64,000 bases of DNA from Blastocladiella emersonii ATCC 22665 (taxonomy: Eukaryota; Fungi; Blastocladiomycota). This document shows, piece by piece, positions 34,756-45,880 of the stretch. The stretch is taken from NCBI GenBank assembly GCA_025594325.1, contig JANHCV010000001.1:4526001-4590000 (forward strand). Direction: 5' to 3'. The position numbers and the translations under genes were made by a program. Numbering within the stretch: the first letter of the stretch is position 1; each line of letters begins with the position of its first letter. The notes under the pieces were generated by a model. That model saw only the letters and a list, made by a program, of their open reading frames with translations, did not search any database and was not told the origin of the DNA.

Positions 34756-34928
34756 CGAGAGAACCTCGTCAGCGCGATGGGAATGCTCGCATGATCTCGG
34801 GAGCCCTGTTCTGAACCTCATGGTCGCGTCTGTCCGAGAGAACCACGTCAGCGCGATCGTGAGGCTCGCCATGAGCTCAGTGTATGGCGATCGAACCGGC
34901 TCTTCACTTGACGATGGTCGCGTCGGTC
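34756..34928 (+). repeat. Degenerate two-unit tandem repeat (about 79 and 94 nt)
   Basis: CGAGAGAACCTCGTCAGCGCGAT (34756) vs CGAGAGAACCACGTCAGCGCGAT (34835), 22/23. GCTCGC-ATGATCTC vs GCTCGCCATGAGCTC. ATGGTCGCGTCTGTC (34820) vs ATGGTCGCGTCGGTC (34914). Confidence 0.7.
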
Positions 34929-34996
34929 ATGTCGGCGTGACCTAGGGGTGCCGATTAGGAGCAGGTCAAGAACCGTCGGGCACACGCGAAGCACTC

Positions 34997-35101
34997 GCCC
35001 TAGTAGCACAATCGGTTAGTGCGCCGTGCTTATATGAGCGTTCCTCATATATATAACGCACAGTGACGCGGAGGTTGCGGGTTCGAGCCCCGCCTAGAGC
35101 A
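34997..35101 (+). tRNA. tRNA-Ile(UAU) with 31-nt intron (35035-35065)
   Basis: Acceptor GCCCTAG/CTAGAGC with discriminator A; D stem GCAC/GTGC; anticodon stem CCGTG/CGCGG with CT-TAT-A; T arm GCGGG-TTCGAGC-CCCGC. The intron can pair with the anticodon (TATATGAG/CTCATATA). Pol III T5 terminator at about 35108-35112. Confidence 0.93.
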
Positions 35102-35350
35102 CCACCCTTTTTGCACCGAGTTATCGACCTGGAAACCTCGCAGGAACGCCGCCATCGTGCAGGACAGCTTGCCCGGCGCGATGATCGCCGCCACGCCGTT
35201 CGGCGTTCATCACGTTATCGCGCGCGAGGATCGGCGAGCCGTCACGGAAGCGGCTCGGCGGCCCAGCGGGCCTCCAAGTCGACGGAGCTCCCGCCGCAGC
35301 GGTCCCTCCTCCCCTCAGGCACCACCGACTTGCTGCAACGTAACATACCC

Positions 35351-36638
35351 ATGACATCAACGCTGGCGCACGTCCCAATCCTGCCGCCGCTGGCCAAGGC
35401 CAAGGAGGTGCTGTTCACGGTCGAGGACGAGTACATCTTCGACGTGGCGTGCTCGGGCCCGCACGTTGCCGTGTCGGCGTCGAACCACCAGATCAAGCTG
35501 TACGACGTGCAGCTGAACCTGCAGGGGAGCCTGACGGGGCACACGGGCACGATTTCGGGCCTGTCGTTCCACCCGACCGACTCGAACCTGCTCTTCTCGT
35601 CGTCGCACGACGGCAGCGTGCTGTGCTGGGACCTGCGCGCGCCAGTCTCGCCCGCGCAGGCGTGGAAGGTGCCGAACCGGCAGTCGTTCTTCTCGCACTC
35701 GGTCAACGCCGCGGGGACCATGATCGCGGCGGGGACCGAGCTCGCTGGGTGCGACGCGTTTGTACACTTCTACGACCCGCGGATGCCGGCGATCCAGCAC
35801 TCGTTCAGCGAGTCGTTTGCCGACGACGTGACGCTTCTGGCGTTCCATCCGACGCAGGCGAACCGGCTGCTGAGCGGGTCGACGGACGGCGTGGCGTGCG
35901 TGTTCGACCTCGCAACGTGGGACGAAGACGAGGATCTCGTGGCGTCGATGCAGAGCGGGTCGTCGGTCAACAAGCTCGGGTGGTTTGGCCCCGCGGGCGA
36001 GTTTGTGTGGCTCACAACGCACGTCGAGACGTTCTCGCTGTGGTCGGCTGAGGTACGGACTGCGAGGCTGTTCCGCGGAAGAGTGGTGCTGACGTGTCAT
36101 CGGTGGAGTAGGGCGACCTTCTCAAGGACTTTGGCGACATTCGGCAGCTCTCGACCGAGGAGGTGCCCATCAACTACGCGGTCCAGTGCCAGTACGACGC
36201 AGCGGCGCAGCGGCTGTTCCTGACGACCGGCTCTCACGAGTACGCTTCGTTGCTCCACAGCCTTAATGCACTCCGGACCTAACCGCCCTGCAACCATGTA
36301 GGGGCGCGCTCTCGGTGCTGCACGTCACGCTCAACGAGCTGCAGCTGTGCTTCAGCGCGGGGCACGCGCACACGGACGTGGTGCGGTCGGCGTCGCTCGA
36401 CTTTGCCAAGGGGTGCATGATCTCGGGCGGCGAGGACTCGAAGCTCAGCCTGTGGCTGCCAAACCCCGCGGCGCCCGCCATCACCCCCGCCAACGCCGTG
36501 GCCGCGTCGTCGGCGGCCGTCGTTGCTCCCGAGCCGGCTGCCGCGGCGGCGGCGCCCTCGCCCGCAACCAAGGCGTTCCGCGGCGGATCGGGCCGCGCCG
36601 AGGGCAAGGGCAAGAAGACTTCGCCCTACGCCCGGTAA
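35351..36638 (+). CDS. WDR89: WD40-repeat protein, WDR89/YNL035C-like
   Basis: WD repeats (LFSSSHDGSVLCWDLR); IAAGTEL..VHFYDPR; FSESFADDVTLLAFHP..LLSGSTDG; SVNKLGWFGP; THVETFSLW; HTDVVRS..ISGGEDSKLSLW. Introns near 36054 and 36240. Confidence 0.8.
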
Positions 36639-37038
36639 GCCGTCCCTCGTAAATAGTAGTTGCTGTACCAGTGTCCCTATTTAGCTCCATATATCGCCCA
36701 TTCGATCCGCAACATCGCCGCCGCCGCGACCACCGCCCCGCGCGCGACTGTCTCCCGGCGCGCGACGCGTCTCGTCATGCAAGGACCAAGTTTGGACGCG
36801 CGCGCGACGTGATGGGAGGGGTTGGGAGGGAGACAATACGCGGCGTGGCAGGGCGGCCGCTTTGGAGCGAGCGACCCTAAGTTGGGCGGCCAGGCGGGCC
36901 TCAGCCTCATGGCGCAGCGCGCGACCTGCAGGCAGGGAAAAACTCTGCCCGACCCTCGGCTCCGGTCCGCGCTCCCCTCTCCCCTCCAGCGACTTCATGC
37001 AGCTCATCAAGCCGTAGCCCGCGACGGCCACCACCACC

Positions 37039-40000
37039 ATGGATTCCACTTCGACCTCTGCGGCACCGCTGCCGCCCCTGCCTCCACCACCGCCGCCGCC
37101 GCCGGCGTCGCTGGCCGCGACCGCGGACCCCGCCGGCCCGGCTCCAACTCTGTCGACCATCTCGGGCAACTACACCTACGCCGCAAGCGCCAGCACATCT
37201 CGCGGTAGCGGCATGGCGTCGCCCGTCGTCATCGTCGAGCCCGACGCCGACGCGGACGCGGGGACCCGGTCCGGGCCCGGATCCACCCGGGGGACCTGGA
37301 CTAGCCTCAACGATGCGTCGGCGGCGGCGACGTCGCCGGGCTCGCCCGCGATCGCGCTCGCGTCCAAGTTGCTGAGCGCCGACGATCTCGCGGCCGTCGA
37401 GAGGGTACGGTGCCGATCTGCCGCGCTTGCGGGCACTCGTTGGGGGGCCGCTGGCTCACGCATGCGCGCGCTGAGTGTAGGCCCTGCAGAAGCACGCGCC
37501 CGTCGGTGACAACATCATGGAGTTTGGGCTCAACATTGTCGGCATGGCCAAGACGGAGCAGTTCGGGCTCGTGCTCGCCATGGCGCGCCGCATGCGCATC
37601 CCGTCGCTCCTGCGGATATCGTACGACGCGCTGCTCGACTGGGTCGTGGCCGTCGAGTCGAGTACGTTCCCCTCCTCCGCCTGTCGGATTTCGCCGAGTG
37701 CAGGCCGCTGCTGACTCCATTCCGCCAACTAGAGTACGAGCCGAACCCGTACCACAACTTCAGCCACGCCGTGGACGTGGCCTTCATGTGCTTCTTCACC
37801 TTCTTCACGCTGCACGCGTCCGAGCTGCTGACCGAGCTCGAGATGGTCGCCGTCTTTCTCGCCGCGCTGTGCCACGACGCCGGCCACCCGGGCCGCAATA
37901 ACGCGTACATGGTCGCCACGCACCACGAGCTCGCCGTGCGCTACAACAACCAGTCGGTGCTCGAAAACTACTCGATCGACCTCGGCCGCGCGCTGCTCGC
38001 CGACCACGCGATCCTCGCCGCCGTCTCGCCCGCGGCACGCGACCTGTTCCTCGACTTGTTCACGGACCTGATCCTCGCCACCGACATGAGCAAACACTTC
38101 CTCCTCGTCAAGGAGCTCGGCGAGCTCTCGCAGCAGCTTCTCCAGCACGACCAGATGATGCTGCTCGCCGAGGAGGAGAAGGCCGCATCCATGCTCTCCA
38201 TGGCGAGTCTCAGCGACCACCGCTCCGGCGAGGCCCTGTGCGACCTCCCCGAGGAGACGTCGGGCCAGACCACGCCGACGAAACTCGCCGAGGGCGCCGC
38301 CGGCAGCGCGCAGTCCCTGTCGTCGCAGGGCGTGCTGACGTCGCAGCTCGCCCACGCCCTCGGCGGCTCGCACGACTCGCCCGCCGTCTCCATGGCCCCG
38401 CTGCCCAGCATCAAGATGCCGTCCGCCAGCGATATTAGCACCGCGCCCGCGCCCGTCCTGCTCGCTGCGCGCTCGCACTCAGCCGAGGGCGGGCTCGACA
38501 CCAACACTGGTGCCACCATCACCTTCTCCGCGTCCGGCTCGCGCGACTTTGCCCCCGGGCCCGAGACCGCCACCTTCGACGACGACCCGCTGCTCGTCGA
38601 GTACACGCTGCTGCAGGCGCCGCAGCGGCGGAGCCTGATCAAGGCGCTGCTGCACGCGGCCGACATCTCGAACACGGTGCGCCCGTGGGAGCTGTGCAAG
38701 CGGTGGAGCGACCTCGTGGAGCTCGAGCATTTCGCGCAGGGTGACGCCGAACTCGCCGCCGGCCTCCCCGTCTCGCCCAACATGGACCGCACCGCGTGCC
38801 AGCAGGCGAAAGTGTCCATCGACTTCTCGGATATCATCATCCAGCCCTTCTTCGTCCTCCTCGCCGACGTGTTGCCCGGCACCGAGCTGTACCTCGACCA
38901 GCTCGCCGTCAACCGTACCCTGTGGGAGCAGCTGCGCGAGCGCGCGCCGCCGTCGACGCAGGCTGGCGTGTCGCGGCCCGGGTCCGCGGGGCGGCCCGAG
39001 CTCCCGCCCATCGACACGTCCGTGTCCGTCGCCGTGGCCGCCGCGGAACCCCTGCCGCCGTCGAAAGCCGGCACGCCCATCTCCAAACCCGTCTCGGCGT
39101 TCGGCACCCCGGACCTGTCCGCGTCGGCGCTCCACAGCCCACGCACGCCGACGCAGCGCCCGCAGCAGCAGGCGCACCCGGGCTCCCCGCTCGTCGCGCC
39201 CGGCGGCCGCCGCGTGAGCGTCGCTGCGGGCACCATCGTGATCCCGGAACACTACTTCCACGCCGCAAGCGCCGAGGCGAGTCCCACCGCCAGCAACATC
39301 TCGGCCGCGGCCGCCGCCGCCGCCGCAGCAGCAGCCACCGCCATGGCCGCGGGGATCCCGATCCCAACCACACCCCACACTTCCGGCGGCGCCGCGCCCA
39401 TCCCACCCGTCCCGCCGCTCCCGGTCCCCACGCCCGCGGGCGGGCGGTACCCGGGGTGGCCGCAGACGTCCGAGCCGGGGGCGACCGAGGACTTTGACGC
39501 GCTGTACCTGGCGTACCTGGCGCGCGCGCACTCGCGGCGGCGCGCGGCTCCGCGCAGCGTGTCGCCCGGCCCGATGCCGCTCGCCGACCCGACGGCGTAC
39601 CGCAGGTACAGCCTCGAGGCGTCCGAGCGCCAGCGCCGCCGCAAGTCGACGATCCAGTTGCGCGGGACGGCGAGTGGCGGGTTGCTCGGGTCCGGGATGC
39701 ATCTCGGGGCCGCGGGCGCGGCGCAGATGTCGACGTCGTCGTCGGGATTGCTCGGTGGGCCGGGACCGGGGCCGGGGCCGCCGGCGCCGTCGCGCCGCGC
39801 TGCGTCGCTGGATACTTCGGGGCTGTACTTTCGCCAGGGCGGCGGCGGCGGCAGCGGAAGCAGTGGCGGGCTCCCGCCGGTCCCGCCGGTCCCCGCGGTC
39901 TTTGTCGTCGAGGGCTTCCGCGTACCAGGTGCGGGCCCCGACACGACGCCGCGCAGCGAGTGGCGGCGCGAGCTGCTCGAGGGCAACGCGGAGCCAAGGG

Positions 40001-40059
40001 AGCCCGCGTCGACGCCCGTCACGGCGGTTCCCCCTCCGCCACGGACTATGGCGTCGTAG
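37039..40059 (+). CDS. Class I 3',5'-cyclic nucleotide phosphodiesterase (HD domain) with long disordered C-terminus
   Basis: PYHNFSHAVDV, ALCHDAGHPGRNN, ILATDMSKHF, LLHAADISNTVRP, EHFAQGDAE. Two introns at about 37407-37480 and 37662-37731. Confidence 0.9.
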
Positions 40060-40101
40060 AGGATGACAAGTAATACATTTCAAACCCAAAACGGACGATT
40101 T

Positions 40102-41234
40102 CTATACAGCCTGCGCGACAACCCCGTCCCCTTCCTCATCTTCAGCGGGCGCAAACCAGTTGCGCTTGCACACGGGACACAGCGGCGATACCTCGGCCCA
40201 CTCGGCGGCACACGCCGCGTGGAAGTGGTGCCGGCACGGCAGCCAAGTGAGGCGGTCGCCCGCGTCGTAGTCGTCGAGGCAGATCACGCACAGCGCGTCC
40301 TCGCGCGCGATGGACGGGTGTGAGGGTGCCGGCGGCGCGGCGGGTTCGGGTTTCCACCCGAGGTTCGCGAGACTCGGCCGTGTCGCCATTGGCGCTGCCT
40401 CGGGCACTGGTGTGTAGTTTTGCGCTGGGAACGCGCGCAGGGCCTCGCGACGGTGGAAAGGCGCGAACGACGCGGCGGTGGCGGGATCGCTCGTGGTCGC
40501 GGCGGCCGTGTTGGACGGGTGGAGGACCTGTTCGCGCGCCCGTGAGCGGTATGAGCGCATGAAGATGACGAGGGCCGCGAGCGGGAGGAGCAGCAGTACG
40601 GCAAACGTCGAGTACAGCGATGCCGTGGCCACGGCGGCCACCCACGCGATGGCGAGCAGCGGGAGGGCGGGCGCCGCAGGACATGGTGGGACTAGCGTCG
40701 CGATGGAGCGTCAGCGAGAGCGGATCGAGGTTGAGGGAGAGCCAACAGTACCAAAGATGAGGAAGCAGGCGCACGCGATGGCCAGCAGGAACGAGACGAC
40801 TTGCTGGATCCCGCGTATCCTAACCACGCACGTTGCGGTCAGCCATCACCGATCCGAGTCTTCACACCGAGACTCGCATACCGCTCAAGACGCCTGAGCC
40901 GCGGGCTGACTGGCACGCTCGGGTCGAGCTCGCCGTGGACGCGCTCGAACACGACAGCCGGGAGCGCCGCGATCGCCATGACGCCGTCGACCGCGAGCGC
41001 GCAGTGCAGGACGCGCCACAGCCGGCACGCCACCAACATCTCACCCTCATCCCCGACCGCCGCGAACCCAATCACGAGCGCCGAGACCGGGATCGCGGCA
41101 CGCGCCAGCGCGACGAGCGCCTGGAACACGAGGCGCGCGCGGACCACGGGCGTCGCCACGGTCCACGAGTCGTGCAGGATCGTGGTCATGTTGCGCTGCG
41201 CGATGCGGGCCGCTGGGTTCAGGTCTGGGTACAT
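40102..41234 (-). CDS. Multi-TM RING-H2 E3 ubiquitin ligase
   Basis: RING-H2 CVICLDDYDAGDRLTWLPCRHHFHAACAAEWAEVSPLCPVCKR. TM exons (ORF 40839..41234; IQQVVSFLLAIACACFLIF; LPLLAIAWVAAV..LVIF) are linked by GTATGC..TTAG and GTACTG..CTAG introns. Confidence 0.85.
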
Positions 41235-41780
41235 ACGCGCGCGATGGCGCCGTCAGTGTACGGAACGGATCGGCCCATCCGCCGCGGTGGTTGACCGTAC
41301 ACAACGCGGACGATCGCCGCAGAAGCCGCGTCGAGGCCCGCGATACGCTGCTGGTGGCGGCGCTGGCCGCAGAGAAAGTCGATCGCATGCTCGCCGTCGA
41401 CCGCATGCCGTACAGCGCTGGCGGCGCGTCGGACACAGGGCGCGGGAGGGACATGAGTGTCTAGCTAAGCTTCAGGGTCGCCGCGAGGGTGATGGTGCAT
41501 CGAGTCGCGTGGTCGGAGAGAGAGATTCATTGCAAGGATTCGGCGGTACAAGAGGGGAGAGGGCGAGCAGAAGTCCCGCGGATCGCCGGTGCACCGCTCC
41601 ACCGTCGCGCGTCACTTCCGCGGCCACCGGACACGACGAGGGCCTTGGTCGGTGCCTGTTCTCACGGTCGCGGACATCTGAAAGATCCGGGGATGGGTTT
41701 CAGAAGACCATGTGCATTTTGTTTGGGAGCGGTGCGTGCGTGATGGCAGCCCTGATCCGGCCACCCTCCACCCGCGCAGC

Positions 41781-44369
41781 TCACTCGTCCTCGACGCCGT
41801 CCGGGTACACGACGTCGTCGAGGTAGTCGGTGGCGGGCGCGAACTCGGACATGTTGGCGATCGCCTCGAACATGGCGAACAGCGGGTCGGCACCGAGGGG
41901 CAGCGCCGGGTCCTGGTCCATCATGCCGACGGGCGGCTCGTCGATAATGTCCTCGTACGCGTCATCGCCGTCGTCGTCGTCGGCCGGCGCCTCGATCACC
42001 TCCTCGGCGATGACGGGCGGGCCGCGCCGCGGCAGCTGCGGTGGTGGTGGCGCTGAGGCCGCTGGCGGCGGTGGGGTCGACCCGCCGTCGTCGTCCGACA
42101 GGTTGACGGCGTCGGCGGGCAGGAACGGGCCCTCGAGCTCGGCAATCTCCATGTTCAGGCTGTGCAGGTACGCCTCAAAGTCCATGGACGTCGGGTCCAT
42201 GAGCGGCAGCGACGAGAAGTCGAACGACAGGTCCGGGCTGCCCGGCGCCGTCGTGGGGACCGACTCGGCGGGTACCACCTCGGGAGCGACGACGACCGCT
42301 GGTGCTGTGGGTGCAGGTGCTGGCTCCGGGGCAGGCGGTTCGGGCGCGGCGACGGGTGCAGCAGGAGCTGGGGTGAGGGCAGGGGCGGCGAGGGGAAGCA
42401 TCGACGAGACGTGCGCGGGCGCGCTTGGCGCAGGCACGGCCGTCGCTTCAGGATGAGCGACCGCGACTGTTGATGCTGCTGGTGGCGGTGAAGGCAGGGC
42501 CGGGGCGACTGGAACCGGTGTTGGCGCAGGTATGGGTGTCGCGGTTGCGGCAGCGGCCACGGGAGCGACGGGAAGCGGAGCTGCGGGGAGGGCAAAGGTG
42601 GGCGCGGCCATCGGCGCCGATGTCGCAACAGGAAGCGTGGCAGAGGGAGGGGCCACAGCGGGAGCTGCTGCGGTAGTCCCAGCGACAGCAGCCGAGGAGG
42701 ATGACGCCGCCGCCGCTGCCGCGGCAGCCGCACTGTCGGCGACGGGGTGCGCCGACGGAAAGATCTTGAGCAACTGCTGCTGCTGCTGGATCTTCTGGCG
42801 CGCAGCCTCGGTCGCCTCGGCGCGTTTCGCTCTACGCTTCGCGCGGGACCGCTCCTGCTTGACCTCCTTGGTCGTCTCAGGCCGGCCACGCTTCTTGCGC
42901 GTCGCGTCGACACACGTGTCAGCCTTCCCGTTGCGCACACACCGCTCGCACGGCCGGTTCGCGTCGCACCCGACGTGGGACGCCTTGCAGTGGACACACG
43001 CCTTGATCGCGTCGCGCCCACCGCCACCACGCCCGCGTTTCACGGGCCGCGGGGGCGCCACAGGTGCAGGGACGGGTATCGGGGCGGCGTTGGGCTGGTC
43101 GGACGTCCGCCCACCGCCCGCGGAGCGCAGCACGCTCGCCATGGCGGGGACCGGGTCCATGGGGTTTGCGGGGGTGCGCGCGCCGAGGCCCGACACGAGC
43201 GCGGCGACCGACGGCGCGAGCGAGGCCGCGGTCCCGAACGGCGGCGCGCCCGTCCCCGTGTAGTAGTGCGCGGGCGCGGGCACCATGAGCGGCCACACCG
43301 AGTGCGACCGGCGCGACCACGCGGCGCTCGGGGTGCCGGCGCTGAACGGCGGCGCCGGGCGCGACAGCGGGCCGCGGGCGATCGGGCCGGGCACGCTCGC
43401 GGCGCGGCGCAGCATCGCGGTCGCCGCGGCGGCCGTCTGGTGCGGGTTCGGCGGCTGGTCGCCGCCCGCGGGCGGCGGCGCGTCCATCATCCACGAGTCC
43501 GTGTCGCCCGCGCCAGCAGAGCTCGGGCCGAGCACGGGCGTCGAGGCCGCGCTGTTGGTCGGCGACGCGTGGAACGGGACCGTCGGCGCGCCCGGGGCGT
43601 CGGTCCCGTCGGCGAGCCGTTTGAGCGCAAGCAGGCCCGAGATGGTGGTGCGCTGGATGCCCGATGCGCCGCCGCCGTTTTGGGACGAGCCGCCCGACGA
43701 CGAGGGCCGCGGGCCGTACGCCGACGTGTGCAGGAGCGACGCCATGCGGTTCGCGGCGCCCGCGGTCGCGGGGTACCGCAGCATCGGCTGTGTTGGTGGT
43801 GCAGGTGCGGGTTGCGGCGGAGCGGCGAAGGCGGGCAGCGAGGCTGGAGGTGGCGGAGGAGCGCCGGTCGACCACGCCGCGGTGCCCGGCGTGCTCACGC
43901 GCGACTGCACGGGCGAGCCGAGCGGGGTGTTGACGACGGATGCGGGCGCGGACGGGATGAACGTCGTCGTCGTCGCCGGCGGGAAACTCGCCTGCTGCTG
44001 CTGGACGGGCGCCTGGAGCGGGAGATCGCTGCCGAGACTCATCACGCCGCCCGCGCTCCCGCTGCCGGCGCTGCTGCTGAACAGGTCGCCCGTGTCCGTG
44101 AAGATGCCCGAGCTCCCTGCGGGCGGCGATCCGATGCCAATGGGACCGAGAAAGTCCATGTCGTGGTCCATCTCGTCAAACAGCCGCGACAGGTGGTCGT
44201 CGGGGTCGTTGAAGTCGGCGAACGAGAGCGGCGCGAGCGCGCCCGAATGCATGTCGCTCGCGGCCGACGCCGTGGACGAGGCGAGCACGGCGTCCCACGC
44301 TGCCGACGAGCTGGCGACGCTCGTGGGGGCGGTACCCGCGGCAGCCGCGGCGGGATCGCTGCCGTCCAT
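41781..44369 (-). CDS. Zn(II)2Cys6 transcription factor (Rds2/Ert1/Gsm1-like cluster)
   Basis: ACVHCKASHVGCDANRPCERCVRNGKADTCVD followed by the basic RKKRGRP; acidic C-terminal activation-like region. Confidence 0.9.
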   Translation of the reverse strand: MDGSDPAAAAAGTAPTSVASSSAAWDAVLASSTASAASDMHSGALAPLSFADFNDPDDHLSRLFDEMDHDMDFLGPIGIGSPPAGSSGIFTDTGDLFSSSAGSGSAGGVMSLGSDLPLQAPVQQQQASFPPATTTTFIPSAPASVVNTPLGSPVQSRVSTPGTAAWSTGAPPPPPASLPAFAAPPQPAPAPPTQPMLRYPATAGAANRMASLLHTSAYGPRPSSSGGSSQNGGGASGIQRTTISGLLALKRLADGTDAPGAPTVPFHASPTNSAASTPVLGPSSAGAGDTDSWMMDAPPPAGGDQPPNPHQTAAAATAMLRRAASVPGPIARGPLSRPAPPFSAGTPSAAWSRRSHSVWPLMVPAPAHYYTGTGAPPFGTAASLAPSVAALVSGLGARTPANPMDPVPAMASVLRSAGGGRTSDQPNAAPIPVPAPVAPPRPVKRGRGGGGRDAIKACVHCKASHVGCDANRPCERCVRNGKADTCVDATRKKRGRPETTKEVKQERSRAKRRAKRAEATEAARQKIQQQQQLLKIFPSAHPVADSAAAAAAAAASSSSAAVAGTTAAAPAVAPPSATLPVATSAPMAAPTFALPAAPLPVAPVAAAATATPIPAPTPVPVAPALPSPPPAASTVAVAHPEATAVPAPSAPAHVSSMLPLAAPALTPAPAAPVAAPEPPAPEPAPAPTAPAVVVAPEVVPAESVPTTAPGSPDLSFDFSSLPLMDPTSMDFEAYLHSLNMEIAELEGPFLPADAVNLSDDDGGSTPPPPAASAPPPPQLPRRGPPVIAEEVIEAPADDDDGDDAYEDIIDEPPVGMMDQDPALPLGADPLFAMFEAIANMSEFAPATDYLDDVVYPDGVEDE

Positions 44370-44693
44370 GGTGATGGTGGGGTGTTGGTGTGTTGCAGGG
44401 GGTCGCCGGTGCGCGGTCCGTGTGCAGTCAGAGCTTCATTGCAACGGATGCAGCGGGAGGGAGGCTGCAGAGCGAAGACGAAGTGAACGTGAACGATCGG
44501 CGATGGCAACGGGTCAGGTGCCGTCAGCTGCCTTTGACGCACAGCTCGCGCGCGCGGCGTGGCGGTTGCGGCCGCCGCCACTTCGCATCGCGCCGACCGC
44601 GCCGTGGAGTCGACCACGACCCGGCGTCACCACGAAGCACTACCCCAAGCCGCCACCGCGCGCAACGCATCGACCCCCGCCCACGCCGCCACC

Positions 44694-45793
44694 ATGCAGA
44701 ACGACGAAGTGATTTGGGGCGTGATCAGCAAAAACTTTTGCTCGTACAAGATCAAGTACGCGATGCCACGGCCCTGCTGTCAGCACCTCACGTCCGGCGG
44801 CTGACCGTGCGGCCCGCGTGTAGGACGGTGACGCAGCACTTCTGCCGCAACGAGTACAATGTGACGGGTTTCTGCTCGCGGCAAAACTGCCCGCTGGCCA
44901 ACTCGCGGTACGCGACGGTGCGCGAGGTGAACGGCGTCGTGTACCTGTACATGAAGACGATTGAGCGCGCGCACACCCCGGCCAAGCTGTGGGAGCGCGT
45001 CAAGCTGTCCAAGAACTACGCCACGGCGCTCGAGCAGATTGACCAGGAGTTGCAGTATTGGCCCGCCTTCCTCAAGCACAAGTCCAAGCAGCGCCTGACC
45101 AAGATCACCCAGTACCTGATCCGCATGCGCAAGCTCAAGCTCAAGTCCAACGCCAACAAGCTCGTGACCATCTCCAAGAAGATCGACCGCCGCGAGGCCC
45201 GCCGCGAGGCCAAGGCCGAGGCCGCGGCGCGCCTCGACAAGGCCATCGCCAACGAGCTCGTCGAGCGCCTCAAGTCGGGCGCCTACGACGACGTGATCCT
45301 CAACGCCAAGGAGTCGGTGTGGAAGCACCTGCTCGAGTCGGACAAGGTCCAGGTTGAGGACGACCAGTCCGAGTCCGAGGACGAGGAGGACGAGGTCGAG
45401 CAGGAGGACGAGATGGAGGTGGAGCGCTACGTCGAGGACTCAGACGACGAGGAGGAGGAGGACTACGCCGACGTCGGCGCCCGCGACTACGTCGCCCCCG
45501 AGGACTCGGACATGGAGGACTTTTCCGACGCGTCCGACATCTCGGACCCCGAGTTCAGCGGCGAGGAGGACAACGACGACGACGAGGACGGTTCCGACTC
45601 GGACGACGACGCGCCGCCACGGAAATCGCCACCAAAGACGCTCGCGGGCCGCGCCGGCATGGCCGCCGCGCCACCCAAGAAGCCCGCGGGCGCCGCCGGC
45701 AAGAAGGGCGCCGGCAAGAAGAAGGGCGGCCGCCGGATCGAGGTCGAGTACGAGACCGAGGCGCCCGCCCGCACCATGGAGACCAACTGGTAG
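44694..45793 (+). CDS. MAK16: MAK16 60S ribosome biogenesis factor
   Basis: [21 protein letters not shown]|..[52 protein letters not shown]. Intron at about 44756-44823. Confidence 0.95.
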
Positions 45794-45880
45794 CCGTGCC
45801 GCCCATTTCCCTTGTCACATACAGTAGTCTTTTGTTCAACCGCCCGCGTGTATTTAGGGAGGTAGGGGGAGAGAAGCTAT

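Noticed and set aside
34785-34820. Possible C/D-box snoRNA (ATGATCT..CTGA)
   Set aside because: The C box is non-canonical, there is no terminal stem, and the second repeat unit does not keep the boxes.
35063-35350. N-terminal extension of ORF 35063 overlapping the tRNA
   Set aside because: It begins at a GTG inside the tRNA. The WD40 protein plausibly starts at ATG 35351, so no evidence for a tRNA/CDS overlap.
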